Below are positions 18,915 to 29,065 of a DNA stretch of 64,000 bases, in pieces (positions within the stretch are counted from its first letter, which is position 1; each line of letters begins with the position of its first letter). A program made the translations under genes and the position numbers. The notes beneath the pieces were generated by a model. The model made no database searches, was not told where the DNA came from, and worked only from the letters and a program-made list of their open reading frames with translations. The DNA is from an uncultured Candidatus Binatia bacterium (GTDB taxonomy: Bacteria > Desulfobacterota > Binatia > UBA9968 > JAJDTQ01): contig OZ219754.1 of assembly GCA_964291295.2 (NCBI GenBank), positions 3,104,001 to 3,168,000 on the forward strand. The letters are read 5' to 3'.

Positions 18915-20404
18915 GACACCGCCTTCGCTTTCCGGCTCGACAGCCACGGCAGGCAGAGCATGAGAATGCTCAGCAACATCAGCGCGATGGTCACGGGCCG
19001 CGTGAGGAAGATGGCGTAGCTGCCGGCGGAGATCTGCAGCGATTGCACGAAGGACAGCTCGGCGCGGACCCCCAGCAGAAAGCCGATGACCAGCGTCACC
19101 AGCGAGAAACCGAAACGGTTGAACGCGAAGCCGAGAACGCCCGCGGCGATGGCGATGCCGATGTCCCAGACGTTCTCCCGGGCGGCATACGCGCCGCCGA
19201 TGGAGAGCAGGAACGCCGCCGGAACCACATAGCCCACCCGCAGCGTGGTGACCCGGGCCAGAATGTCGGCGCCGAATGCGGCCATGAGACTCGCCAGAAA
19301 GTTGGATATCACGAAGCCGAAGATCAGCACGAACACGATGTCCATGTGCTCGCGCACGAAGAAGAAACCGGGCTGAAGCCCGTGGAGGATGAAGGCGCCC
19401 AGGAGCACGGCCATGCCGGCGCTGCCCGGGATGCCGAAGATGATGGTGGGCAGCAGCGCGCCGCCGTCCTTGGCGTCATTGGAAGCCTCGGAAGCGATGA
19501 TGCCCTCCGCGGTGCCGGTGCCGAACTTCTCCGGATTCTTCGAGAACTGCACGGTCATGGAATAGGAAAGAAAGTTCGCCAATACCCCGCCGATACCGGG
19601 GATGATGCCCGCCAGGATCCCTATCGCCGAGCTTCGCACCAGCGTCAACTTGTACTGGAACACCTCCAGGAATCCCCTGAAGGCGCCGAACAGGCCCACC
19701 TTGAGCCGTGCGCCGCCCTCGGCGATGGTCTCGCCCCGCAGCACGTGGTTGACCAGTTCGGCGATGGCGAAAAGGCCGATGAAGAAGGGCACCAGCGGGA
19801 TCCCGTCCCACAGGTAGTTGTCGCTGCCGAAATTGAACCGCAGCACCCCGTGCACCGGGCTGAAGCCGATGAGTGAGAGCAACACGCCGATGCCGGCGGA
19901 GACCAGCCCCTTCAGCATGTTGCCGCGGGCCGCGTAGGCCACCGTCAGCAGGCCGAAGACCACCAGCATGAAGAACTCGGGAGGTCCGAAGGAGAGCACG
20001 ATGATCTTCACGAACGGGATCAGGATCATCAGGAAGCACATGCCCACCACGGCGCCCAGAAAGGACGAGGCCGCGGCCAGACCCACCGCCCGGCCCGCCT
20101 CGCCGCGCCGGGCCATGGGATGGCCGTCAAAGCAGGTGGCCGCATTGGGCGCCTCGCCCGGGATGTTGAGCAGGATCGCCGGAACCGACCCCCCTTCGGT
20201 GGCCGCCCCCATCATCCCGGCCATGAGGAACATGGCCGTTACCGGGTCCCACCCGAAGGTGAAGGTCATGCCGATGGTCAGGCCGGCCAGGAACAGTCCG
20301 GGGAGTGCTCCCAGGATCAGGCCGGTGACGGCGCCGACGGCGAGCACGAGCAGATTCGCCGGCTGGCTGAGCTGGCCCATCGCCTGCACGAGAGGTTCCC
20401 ACAT
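18911..20404 (-). CDS. tctA: Tripartite tricarboxylate transporter large permease TctA
   Basis: GALPGL, ILLNIPG, TCFDGHPMA, GPPEFF, EASNDA and GIPGS. Confidence 0.92.
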   Translation of the reverse strand: MWEPLVQAMGQLSQPANLLVLAVGAVTGLILGALPGLFLAGLTIGMTFTFGWDPVTAMFLMAGMMGAATEGGSVPAILLNIPGEAPNAATCFDGHPMARRGEAGRAVGLAAASSFLGAVVGMCFLMILIPFVKIIVLSFGPPEFFMLVVFGLLTVAYAARGNMLKGLVSAGIGVLLSLIGFSPVHGVLRFNFGSDNYLWDGIPLVPFFIGLFAIAELVNHVLRGETIAEGGARLKVGLFGAFRGFLEVFQYKLTLVRSSAIGILAGIIPGIGGVLANFLSYSMTVQFSKNPEKFGTGTAEGIIASEASNDAKDGGALLPTIIFGIPGSAGMAVLLGAFILHGLQPGFFFVREHMDIVFVLIFGFVISNFLASLMAAFGADILARVTTLRVGYVVPAAFLLSIGGAYAARENVWDIGIAIAAGVLGFAFNRFGFSLVTLVIGFLLGVRAELSFVQSLQISAGSYAIFLTRPVTIALMLLSILMLCLPWLSSRKAKAVS

Positions 20405-20527
20405 ATCGGTTTCGTTCCCTGGATGCGGCCCTTGCGGTTCCCGGTGTCCCGCCGGTTGTCCGCGTGATGGTGACAAGCGCTCGCGACGGGGCCTGACTCC
20501 GGCCGCGGGCGCTGTCGGGGCCGGCGC

Positions 20528-21511
20528 CTACCTGGCCCTGGCGGCCTCCTTCATTTCCTCGAGGTTGGTCTCGAACAGGTTCTGATAGTACTTCAGATCC
20601 TGGGCCACGGCCGTCCCGGGACCCTCCGTGAGGACGATGGACGAGGCCTTCTTCCAGTCGAGGTAGAGCTTGTCCCTCATGGCCTTGAGCAGCAGATCTT
20701 CAAGGATCTTCGCCCGCTCCTCGGGGACGCCCGGCGGGGCGCCGAAGGCGCGCAGGTCGCTGAAGTAGAAGTCGTGGCCCATTTCGTAGGAGGTCGGCAC
20801 GTCGGGGGCGTTGATGGCCCGCTTCCTGTCCAGTTGCACCACCGGGCGCAGGTCCGTCCCCAGGTAGGAGGTCACCGACGGATGGTCGATGGGCTGCGCC
20901 CAGACATCGAAGTCACCGCGCAGCAGCGCCGGCAGCGACTCGCCCGTGCCCCGGTAACCGGCCACCACGTGAAAGTCGATGCCGAAGGCCTTGGCGGCCA
21001 GGAACGAGCCCAGCCACCGGCCCACGCCCACACCCTCGACTCCCCAGGTGACCCGCTTGGCCTTTTGCAGGTCCGCGATGGACTTGTGGGGGCCCTTGGC
21101 CGATACATGAAGCCCGAAGGGGTCCGCGCCCACCCGGGCAAGCCAGGTGTATTTGCCGGTCTCGAAGCCGAGGGGCCTGTCCGACAGCATCTGCTGCCCG
21201 AGCATCCCCGACGACTGGAAGTGGGCGATGGTGTAGCCGTCAGGCTTGGCGCGGTACACGAACACGGCGGCGCGAAGGCCGGCGGCGCCGGTGACGTTCT
21301 TGACGATGACGTTCACGCCCTCGGGCAGGAATTTCTTCATGCTCCGGGCCACGGCGCGGGCGATGGCGTCGTAGCCGCCGCCGGGAGAGAAGGGCACGAT
21401 CAGGTTGATGTTGCGGTCGGGAAAGGCCGCCCGGGCCTGGGACAGGGGCAGACTTGCGGCCAGGCCGAGGACGGCGGCGCCCACCAGAATTCGGGTCATC
21501 AGATTGCGCAT
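20528..21511 (-). CDS. tctC: Tripartite tricarboxylate transporter substrate-binding protein (Bug/TctC)
   Basis: Signal peptide, IVPFSPGGGYD, NVTGAAG, KPDGYT and DVPT. Confidence 0.92.
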   Translation of the reverse strand: MRNLMTRILVGAAVLGLAASLPLSQARAAFPDRNINLIVPFSPGGGYDAIARAVARSMKKFLPEGVNVIVKNVTGAAGLRAAVFVYRAKPDGYTIAHFQSSGMLGQQMLSDRPLGFETGKYTWLARVGADPFGLHVSAKGPHKSIADLQKAKRVTWGVEGVGVGRWLGSFLAAKAFGIDFHVVAGYRGTGESLPALLRGDFDVWAQPIDHPSVTSYLGTDLRPVVQLDRKRAINAPDVPTSYEMGHDFYFSDLRAFGAPPGVPEERAKILEDLLLKAMRDKLYLDWKKASSIVLTEGPGTAVAQDLKYYQNLFETNLEEMKEAARAR

Positions 21512-21530
21512 CGTGTTCCTCCCGTCAAGT

Positions 21531-21554
21531 GGACTGAAACGCGGACTGAAACGC
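21531..21554. repeat. Exact 12-nt tandem duplication (GGACTGAAACGC x2)
   Basis: Copies at 21531-21542 and 21543-21554, upstream of tctC. Confidence 0.9.
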
Positions 21555-21822
21555 GTTCCAGGTTCGTGCTGCAATGGGACTAAAGGTTTGCCGATGGCTG
21601 CCGACATGCAAAACAGGCAATAAGCCTGACCTTTTATGGGCTGTGCCCCGGACTTGTCAAGGGCACCGCCCCAAATTGTCCGTCGCCGGCCGTTCGTCGC
21701 CGGCCGCCGGGAACCGCGGGGACCGGGCGCGGCGGCGGGGCCCGGAGCCGGCAAGGTCCGGATTGACTCGGGACGGCGCAAACGATAAGTTCCGGCGATA
21801 TGATCCACGCAGATTTGTCTTG

Positions 21823-21850
21823 CGCAAACCTGCTCCACGCAAACCTGCTC
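21823..21850. repeat. Direct repeat CGCAAACCTGCTC x2 (period 15) upstream of ssb
   Basis: Copies at 21823-21835 and 21838-21850, with a degenerate copy near 21808. Confidence 0.85.
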
Positions 21851-21873
21851 GCCACCATCCGGATGAGGTCGTC

Positions 21874-22305
21874 ATGTCGGTAAACATCGCAATTGTCGTC
21901 GGGAACCTTGGCAAGGATCCGGAAGTCCGTTTCACGCAGAGCGGTCGTGCGGTCGCCAATTTCTCCCTCGCCACATCCGATTCCTGGACCGGACAGGACG
22001 GCAACCGCCAGGAGCGCACCGAGTGGCACAACATCGTCGTGTGGGGCAAACAGGCCGAGGCGTGCGGCCAGTACCTGGCCAAGGGACGGCAGGTGTTCGT
22101 CCAGGGCAGGATCCAGACCCGCTCCTACGACGACAAGGAGGGCAACAAGCGGTACATCACCGAGATCGTTGCCCAGCGGGTGCAGTTCCTGGGCGGTGCC
22201 GGCGGTGCCCGGGCTTCGCAGGAAGCCCAGGACCAGGGCTTCGGCGATCCTTCCCCCTCACCCTCGATCCCGTCGCCGCCCATCGACGACGACATTCCGT
22301 TCTAG
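21874..22305 (+). CDS. ssb: Single-stranded DNA-binding protein
   Basis: [20 protein letters not shown] and C-terminal DDDIPF. Confidence 0.98.
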   Translation: MSVNIAIVVGNLGKDPEVRFTQSGRAVANFSLATSDSWTGQDGNRQERTEWHNIVVWGKQAEACGQYLAKGRQVFVQGRIQTRSYDDKEGNKRYITEIVAQRVQFLGGAGGARASQEAQDQGFGDPSPSPSIPSPPIDDDIPF

Positions 22306-22691
22306 CGATCCCGCTCCAGGGAGCCGTTCCAGCGATCCGGGCTCCATCCGGAGACCGCGGACTTCCAACCACCCGAACCGTCCGTCCTTTCAAGCACCGG
22401 ACCGGAAGTCGGCCGTTACGCCCCCGGTCCGCCGCGCAAGGCTCCTGATCCACCCTCCCGTGCGTGCGTTCTTGCACGCGCTGCCTGGTTCCGTCCCGCG
22501 AGTGTTCCACCGCATCCGTGAAACCATTCGTTCAGAAACGTCAACCTGTGGCAGCCTTGACCGTACAGCCTGTTTCACAACGCTGCACCGGAAAGTGCCA
22601 ATGCACTGACAGAGCAATTCGGTGAGCATGTTTTTACGCACGGAACAAGAATGCTCATTTGCAGATTTTTTGCCTTATTTGAAAAGCTGCA

Positions 22692-23525
22692 ATGCGCAAC
22701 AAGAGGACGCCGCTGCCTTCGAGCCGCGCCAAAAGCCAGATAAGGGACTTCATCGACGACGAGAAATCCCTCGGGAGAGCGACCAAGAGCCAGATCGCGG
22801 CGGCCATCGGCATTCGCCCCAGCCATTTCTCGAACCTGTTGAACGGGCGCAACGAGTGGAAACTCGACCAACTGGAGAAGCTGGCGGACTTCCTCGACGT
22901 ACCCATCGCGCGATTGTTCGAGGATCGCACCGGATCCGATTCTTCGGAGTCGGGCACGGAAGACAGGATGGTCCGGGCGTTGAGGACCGAGAACCGGCAC
23001 CTGCGCAGCGGACTGCGCGCGGACCTGAGCGCCCTGCTGCGCCAACACCTCACCGACCGGCGAAGACAGGGGACCGGGGACTACCCGGGAAACGCCGCAC
23101 CAACCTACCCGGATACGGACATTGATGTATCCCGCGCCCTTCCCATCGGCATACGTGACCTGGACGCCCTCTACGACAGGCCCTCCACCGGACCGGCCTC
23201 GGAATCTCTCTGGTTCGGAAGAGACTGGTTGCATCGCCACGGGCTGGACCCCGCCCAGTGCCTGATCGTCAGGGTGCAGGATGAATCCATGGGGAACACA
23301 TTGCCCGACGGCTGTACCGTACTGGTGAACCGGGGCCAGCGAGAGCCGCGCGAAGGCCGCATCTACGCTTTGCACACCGATGAGGGTCTGGTGATCCGAC
23401 GCGCGGGCAGAGACGATGCCGGGGCGTGGCTGCTGGAAAGCGACCACCCCGAGTCGAGAGCGGTGGCGTGGCCCGACAGCGCCGAGGTCATCGGCCACGT
23501 GTGCTGGATGGCGCGGTCCCTGTGA
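22692..23525 (+). CDS. XRE-type HTH plus S24 peptidase-like domain protein (LexA/CI-like repressor)
   Basis: HTH segment KSQIAAAIGIRPSHFSNLLNG...LEKLADFLDV; S24 segment VQDESMGNTLPDGCTVLVN...LLESDHP...VIGHV. Confidence 0.8.
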   Translation: MRNKRTPLPSSRAKSQIRDFIDDEKSLGRATKSQIAAAIGIRPSHFSNLLNGRNEWKLDQLEKLADFLDVPIARLFEDRTGSDSSESGTEDRMVRALRTENRHLRSGLRADLSALLRQHLTDRRRQGTGDYPGNAAPTYPDTDIDVSRALPIGIRDLDALYDRPSTGPASESLWFGRDWLHRHGLDPAQCLIVRVQDESMGNTLPDGCTVLVNRGQREPREGRIYALHTDEGLVIRRAGRDDAGAWLLESDHPESRAVAWPDSAEVIGHVCWMARSL

Positions 23526-23712
23526 ACCGCCGCGAAGCCGGACGCACGCCCACCCGCATCCGCACGCCTGAACGCATCGCCCCGCCGCCGGTCCGGAAGG
23601 ACGCGACCTTGACCCGTGACCCTTCCGGTTGTAAGAGCCCCTCAGCAGGTGCAACGACCCGGCCGGCAGGGTGCGGGCGGCCTGCATTCCGGGCCGAAAG
23701 GAGGGCAAAGAC

Positions 23713-24624
23713 ATGGCTGAACGGGTCAGGATAAACGTGGAAAGCGCCGAGGCGGTACTCGGACTTCACTGGTTCGTGGCGCAGGAGGAAGGTCTTTTCG
23801 ACGAGGAAGGCATGGAGATCGATATCTTCCTGCCAGGTGTCCGCGAAACCAGGTTTGCAGACGACGACCCGCGCCGGACCGACCACACGCTGGTGAAGTC
23901 CACCAACTACCAGTTCCTCTTCGAGCAGAAGAAGGTGGACATCTATCGGGCCTGCTCATGGGGACAGGTGCGGCGGGCCTACGACAGCGAGCGCCGCAGC
24001 CCCATCTGGACCAAGCGTCCCGCGGTGGTCTGCCAAGGTATCTACGTCCTGCCGGATTCCCCGGTGAACGCGCCCATGCAGCTCGCCAACAAGAGCGTCG
24101 GCGTCCAGTATCACCAAGGTTCCCACTACCATACGCTGTCCCTGCTCGAAGGCTTCCTCTCCCGGGACGAGATGAACGTGGTGCACGCCGGCACGGTGCG
24201 CGAACGGTTCGTGGCGCTGGAGAACGGCAGCGTGGACGCCGCCACCCTGATGGAGCCGTGGATCTCGCTGGCCGAGAAGCGCGGCTACAAGAAGATCGTC
24301 GAGGGTCATTACCTGGGGGTGGAGAACGGACCCACGGACATGGACCCCGAGTTGCTCAAGGGCATGCTGCGGGCCATCAGGAAGTCGGTCACCTACATCA
24401 ACAGGAACCCCAGGAAGTACATCAGGCACATGCTGGAGGAGATCCCCGAGCACTACGCCAACGAGCTCACGCCGGACGACTTCCACCTGCCGCGGCTGCG
24501 CTACGTGAATCCGGAGCCCTACACCCGGGAAGAGTTCGACCGGCAGTACCGGTGGATGCGGACCTGGAACCTCATTCCCGAAGACGCGGAGTACACCGAA
24601 CTGGTGTGCAACGTCACGGAGTAG
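23713..24624 (+). CDS. ABC transporter substrate-binding-like protein (NMT1/SsuA-like fold)
   Basis: FVAQEEGLFDEEG, LANKSVGV, ALENGSVDAATLMEPW; no obvious signal peptide. Confidence 0.75.
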   Translation: MAERVRINVESAEAVLGLHWFVAQEEGLFDEEGMEIDIFLPGVRETRFADDDPRRTDHTLVKSTNYQFLFEQKKVDIYRACSWGQVRRAYDSERRSPIWTKRPAVVCQGIYVLPDSPVNAPMQLANKSVGVQYHQGSHYHTLSLLEGFLSRDEMNVVHAGTVRERFVALENGSVDAATLMEPWISLAEKRGYKKIVEGHYLGVENGPTDMDPELLKGMLRAIRKSVTYINRNPRKYIRHMLEEIPEHYANELTPDDFHLPRLRYVNPEPYTREEFDRQYRWMRTWNLIPEDAEYTELVCNVTE

Positions 24625-24683
24625 GCGTACCCCACGTCACGGTGCGGACGCACCGGTACCGGCGGGACGAAAAGGCCCGTGCG

Positions 24684-27098
24684 TCACGGCTGACCGGGCC
24701 GTGACGCGCGGGCCTTTTCGATCTCTTCCCACACCCGCTCGGGCGTGAGCGGCAAGTGGTCGAAGGCGCAGCCCAGGGGCGCCAGCGCGTTCTCCACCGC
24801 ATTGCAGATGGCGGCCGGCGCGGGAATGGCGCCGCCCTCCCCCACCCCCTTCATCCCAAGAGGCGTGTAGGGCGACGGCGTCACAAGGTGGTCCATGCGC
24901 ACGTCGGGGATCTCCACCGCAGTGGGCTTGAGATAGTCCACGAAGGTGGTGGCCTTCAGATTTCCCTGCTCGTCGTAGTCGAACTCCTCGTACAGCGCCG
25001 CGCCGATGCCGTGGGCGGTGGCCCCCTGCACCAGCCCCTCCACGATGGACGGATTGAGCACGGTGCCGCAGTCGTGCACCACGCCGTAGTTGAGGATGGT
25101 GACGCCGCCGGTGTCCGCATCCACCTCGACGGTCACGGCGTGGGCCGCATTGCTGGCAAAGAGCTGGTTCCTTACCCGGCGGTTCTCGTCGGGGAGATTG
25201 GCGATGGCCGGCTTGTAGTAGAACCGGCCCTCCAGGCCCGGCTCCATGTCGGGCGGCAGCGACAGCAGGTCGCGGTAGGCGACGAAGGCCAGCTCGGCCA
25301 GCGTCTTGCGGTGCTCGTGGCGGTCCCGGGCGCGCACGCCGCCCTGGGCCAGCTCCAGGTTCTCCACCGGTTCCCGCAGCAGATGGGCCGCCAGCTCCAG
25401 CAGCTTGTGGCGCACCTTGCCGGCGGCGCCGAGGATGGCGCCCACGTCGGTGCCGGCGAACTTGTTCGAGTAGTTGCCGGTGGCGTAGAGCCACGGCGTC
25501 ACCGCGGAATCGAAGAACGGCGACACGCGGACGCCGTCCATGGGCACCCCCAGCTCGTCGGCGACGATCTGCGCCGCCGCGGTCTCGTGCCCCTGCCCGC
25601 TGCCCACGTCGCCCAGCAGCACCAGGATGCTGCCGTCGTGTTCCACCCGCACCATGGCGGCCTCGGCCGCCCCCGAGGCGCCCCGCCGACCCGACGACAG
25701 GATATAGGCCGACGCGTTGGAGGTGCTGGGCTCCAGGCCGATGGCAATGCCGATGCCCAGATACCGGCCCTGGGCGCGGGCCTCCCGCTGCTCCCGCAGG
25801 AACCCGTCGTAGTCGATGAGCGGCAGCAGCTTGTCGAGGGTGCCGTTGAAGTCGCCGCTGTCGATGAGCGCGCCGCTGGGACCGGTGTAGGGCATGGCGT
25901 CGGGCAGCACCAGATTCCTGCGCCGCAACTCGACGGGGTCCATGTCGAGTTGCCGGGCAAGGTGGTCCATCATGCGCTCCATGGCCAGGCACATGAACGG
26001 CTTGCCGATACCCCGGTTGGCGCCCGACGGACACTTGTGGGTCATCACCGAGTTGACCTCGTAGCGCACCACCGGAATGCGGTAGCAGTTGGTCAGGTTG
26101 CCGAGCTTCAGGATCGAATGGACCGTGGGATTGAGGACGTTGGCGCCTTCGTCGGCGATGTCCCGCACCTTCATGCCGAGGATGCGGCCTTCCGCGTCCA
26201 GCGCCGCCTCCAGGTCCATGACGCCGTTGCAGGCATGGATCAACGCCATGAGGTTCTCGCGGCGGTCCTCCAGGTAGTGCACCGGCCTGCCGCCGCTCAG
26301 CCGGGACAGCAGCGCCGCGATGATCAGGTAGTGGGCCTTGCGCTTGTTGCCGAAACCACCGCCCACGTCCGGCGTGACGAAGCGGATCTGCGCGTGGGAG
26401 AGGCCCAGGCTGTGGGCCACGATGGGCATGGCCTGACCCGGGCGCTGGTCGTTGGACCAGAGGGTGAGCTGCTCGCGGCGGTGGTCGTAGACGGCGGTGC
26501 AGCCGAAGGTCTCGAGTGCGGTGGACGAGTAACGCTGGATGTAGAACCGCTTCCCGACAACCCGCGCGGCGCGGCCGAAGGCCTCGTCCACATCGCCGTA
26601 GTCGAAGCGGTCCTGCCACATGACGTTGGTGCCCATGGACTCGAACAGCAGCGGGGCGTCCGGCTCCATGGCCGCCTCCGGATCCACCACCGCGGGCAAC
26701 GGCTCGTACGCCACGCGGATCTTCTCCAGTGCGTCCTCGGCCAGATAGCGGCTGGTGGCCAGGACCGCCGCCACCGGCTCGCCCACGTAGGTCACCTTGT
26801 CGCAGGCCAGACAATAGGCGTCGAGGTTCGCGGGTATGGGAATGAGGGAACGCAGCGGCGCGCTCATGCGGCGCGCGTCTTCGCCGGTGAGACCGCACAC
26901 CACGCCGGGCATCTTCAACGCCTCGCGGATGTCCACGTCAAGGATGCGGGCGTGGGCGTGGACGCTCCGGAGCAGCGCCACGTGCAGCGTGTCGGGAAAT
27001 TTCATGTCGTCGATGTAGGTGCCCCGGCCGGTGGAAAACCTCAGGTCCTCCCGGAGCGGCACCGCCCGGCCCTTCCACCGCGTGGATGAAACTTCCAT
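24684..27098 (-). CDS. Xanthine dehydrogenase family molybdopterin-binding large subunit (CoxL-like)
   Basis: EDLRFSTGRGTYIDD, LRSVHAHA, DVGGGFG, GQGHET, HDCG, GMKGVGEG; active-site loop PSGANRGIG. Confidence 0.92.
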   Translation of the reverse strand: MEVSSTRWKGRAVPLREDLRFSTGRGTYIDDMKFPDTLHVALLRSVHAHARILDVDIREALKMPGVVCGLTGEDARRMSAPLRSLIPIPANLDAYCLACDKVTYVGEPVAAVLATSRYLAEDALEKIRVAYEPLPAVVDPEAAMEPDAPLLFESMGTNVMWQDRFDYGDVDEAFGRAARVVGKRFYIQRYSSTALETFGCTAVYDHRREQLTLWSNDQRPGQAMPIVAHSLGLSHAQIRFVTPDVGGGFGNKRKAHYLIIAALLSRLSGGRPVHYLEDRRENLMALIHACNGVMDLEAALDAEGRILGMKVRDIADEGANVLNPTVHSILKLGNLTNCYRIPVVRYEVNSVMTHKCPSGANRGIGKPFMCLAMERMMDHLARQLDMDPVELRRRNLVLPDAMPYTGPSGALIDSGDFNGTLDKLLPLIDYDGFLREQREARAQGRYLGIGIAIGLEPSTSNASAYILSSGRRGASGAAEAAMVRVEHDGSILVLLGDVGSGQGHETAAAQIVADELGVPMDGVRVSPFFDSAVTPWLYATGNYSNKFAGTDVGAILGAAGKVRHKLLELAAHLLREPVENLELAQGGVRARDRHEHRKTLAELAFVAYRDLLSLPPDMEPGLEGRFYYKPAIANLPDENRRVRNQLFASNAAHAVTVEVDADTGGVTILNYGVVHDCGTVLNPSIVEGLVQGATAHGIGAALYEEFDYDEQGNLKATTFVDYLKPTAVEIPDVRMDHLVTPSPYTPLGMKGVGEGGAIPAPAAICNAVENALAPLGCAFDHLPLTPERVWEEIEKARASRPGQP

Positions 27099-27106
27099 GG
27101 GAACGG

Positions 27107-27607
27107 TCAGCCTTTCATCACGGACGCCGCCGCGCGCACCGCGCGGATGATGCCGGCGTAGCCGGTGCACATGCAGAGATTGCCGGACAGGGCCTCGCGG
27201 ACCTGGGTCTCGGTGGGGTGGGGGCAACGCCTCAACAGGTCCAGGGCCGCCAGCAGCATGCCGGGTGTGCAAAAACCGCACTGGAGCGCGTGGTGGTCCA
27301 CGAAAGCCTGCTGCAGCGGACTCGGCTCCCGCTCGCTGCCGAGGCCCTCCACCGTCAGGATCTCGTGGCCGTCGGCCTGCACCGCGAACAGGATGCACGA
27401 CCGGATCACCTGGCCATCCATCAACACCGAACAGGCGCCGCAGACACCGTGCTCGCAGCCCACGTGGACGCCGGTGCACCCCGCGTCCTCGCGCAGGAAG
27501 TCGGCAAGGGTCTTGCGCACCTCCACCGCGGCCTCGCAGCGGGTTCCGTTGACCGTCACCGCGACGGTTCTTCTGTCGGTCGGTCCGGTGGTCAATTCCG
27601 GCTCCAT
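27107..27607 (-). CDS. (2Fe-2S)-binding small subunit (CoxS-like)
   Basis: GCEHGVCGAC, QCGFCTPG and GNLCMCTGY. Confidence 0.94.
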   Translation of the reverse strand: MEPELTTGPTDRRTVAVTVNGTRCEAAVEVRKTLADFLREDAGCTGVHVGCEHGVCGACSVLMDGQVIRSCILFAVQADGHEILTVEGLGSEREPSPLQQAFVDHHALQCGFCTPGMLLAALDLLRRCPHPTETQVREALSGNLCMCTGYAGIIRAVRAAASVMKG

Positions 27608-28470
27608 CGCTCCAGCGCCTTCGCCAGCGCGCGCTTCACGAGAACCGCGGCCAGGCGGCGCTGGTAGGCCGTGGCGTCCGCGTGGGCCGCCAGCGCCGCC
27701 TCGGCCGTCCGGCCCGTCTCCTCCACCAGGTCGCGCTGCGCCGCGCTGTCCGTCCGGCTCACCCCGGAGGCGGCCACGAGCCGCTCCACCGGCGCCAGCC
27801 GCGACGGCGTCCACGCCGGACCGGCCGCCACCACCCGCCCGGCCCTCAAGGTTCCGTCACCCTCCAGCACCACCGCGGCTTCCGCCAGCGCGAAGTCCCC
27901 GTGACGGCGGCTGAACTCGACGAAGCTCACCGCCGGAGGCGCCGGCGCCAGCGGCACCGCCGCCTCCACGAGGATCTCACCGGGCGACAGCGCGGTCTCG
28001 TAGGGGCCCAGAAAGAAGTCGCCGGCCGGCACCCGCCGTTGGCCCGACGGACCGGCCAGCACCAGTTCCGCCTCCAGCGCCGTCATGACACAGGGAAGCT
28101 CGGCCACGGGGTCGGCGTGGGCCAGACTGCCGCCCACGGTACCGCGGTTGCGGATGGCGGGATGACCCACCTGGGCCAGCGCCTCCACCACCAGCGGGCA
28201 CCGCTCCGACAGCAGCGTCGAGAACTCCGCCTCCCGCTGCCGGGTCATGGCGCCGATGCAGAGCCGGTCCCCTTCTTCGCGTATGTGGGAAAGCCCCTCC
28301 ACCTGGTTCAGATCCACCAGGACGTCGGGCCAGGCCAGCCGCAGATTCAGCAGCGGCACCAGGCTCTGGCCCCCGGCCAGAACCCGCGCCTCTTCCGGCG
28401 AGTCCCGCAGCAGGTCCAGCGCTTCGGACAGGGACCGGGGCGTATGGTAACGGAAGGGCGGTGGTTTCAT
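27592..28470 (-). CDS. FAD-binding medium subunit (CoxM-like)
   Basis: MKPPPFRY, LAGGQSL and IRNRGTVGGSLAHADP. Confidence 0.93.
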   Translation of the reverse strand: MKPPPFRYHTPRSLSEALDLLRDSPEEARVLAGGQSLVPLLNLRLAWPDVLVDLNQVEGLSHIREEGDRLCIGAMTRQREAEFSTLLSERCPLVVEALAQVGHPAIRNRGTVGGSLAHADPVAELPCVMTALEAELVLAGPSGQRRVPAGDFFLGPYETALSPGEILVEAAVPLAPAPPAVSFVEFSRRHGDFALAEAAVVLEGDGTLRAGRVVAAGPAWTPSRLAPVERLVAASGVSRTDSAAQRDLVEETGRTAEAALAAHADATAYQRRLAAVLVKRALAKALERWSRN

Positions 28471-28703
28471 GACAGGATGCCGGTACGACGGAGCCGGAGA
28501 CCGGGAGGAGACCGCCTCGTGCCAACTTCTCCCCTGCGGGAATGCGGCACAAGATCCTCCCCAGCCACGCGAAAGGCACCGCGAAGGTACAGCACGCAGG
28601 CCGGGAGGCTTTTCGCCCACCGGCACCTCCCTGAACCGGCGGAACAGCAATGGGCTGATTGCACAGGTGTAGCGTTTCGCGGCAACACCCGTCAAACGGT
28701 GCC

Positions 28704-28730
28704 GTATCGATCCAGTATCGATCCAGTATC
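28704..28730. repeat. 11-nt tandem repeat (GTATCGATCCA x2.5)
   Basis: Copies at 28704-28714 and 28715-28725, partial at 28726-28730. Confidence 0.9.
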
Positions 28731-29065
28731 CCGGCGCCGTTCGGCGCCGCCGGGCCGACCCGGGCCGCCGGCGGACATGCCGCAATGCAGGAAGGCCGGC
28801 ACGTCCCTGCAAAACCCGGTGGAATACACCTTGACCGCACCCCGCCGGGGTCGCAACCCTGTCGTGGTTCGTCTGCGGACCCCCGGTGGAGGATACCTTG
28901 AGCCCACCCTGACCTCCGGTCCGATTCTCCGGGGCCACCTCTCCCATCGGCGACCGTACCACGTGGGACAACGACCTGGGACAATGCAACAGGCACCCGG
29001 CCGACCCTCCCATGCCCACCGCCTCGTTTGCCTGACCTTCCGCTTTCGGCTACAGAGAAGGCTGC

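Noticed and set aside
21874-23525. Prophage suggested by ssb plus a CI-like repressor
   Set aside because: No integrase, structural, replication or convincing cro gene; ssb looks like the housekeeping copy.
24684-28470. Aerobic CO dehydrogenase
   Set aside because: Lacks the AYxCSFR motif and the coxDEFG accessory genes.
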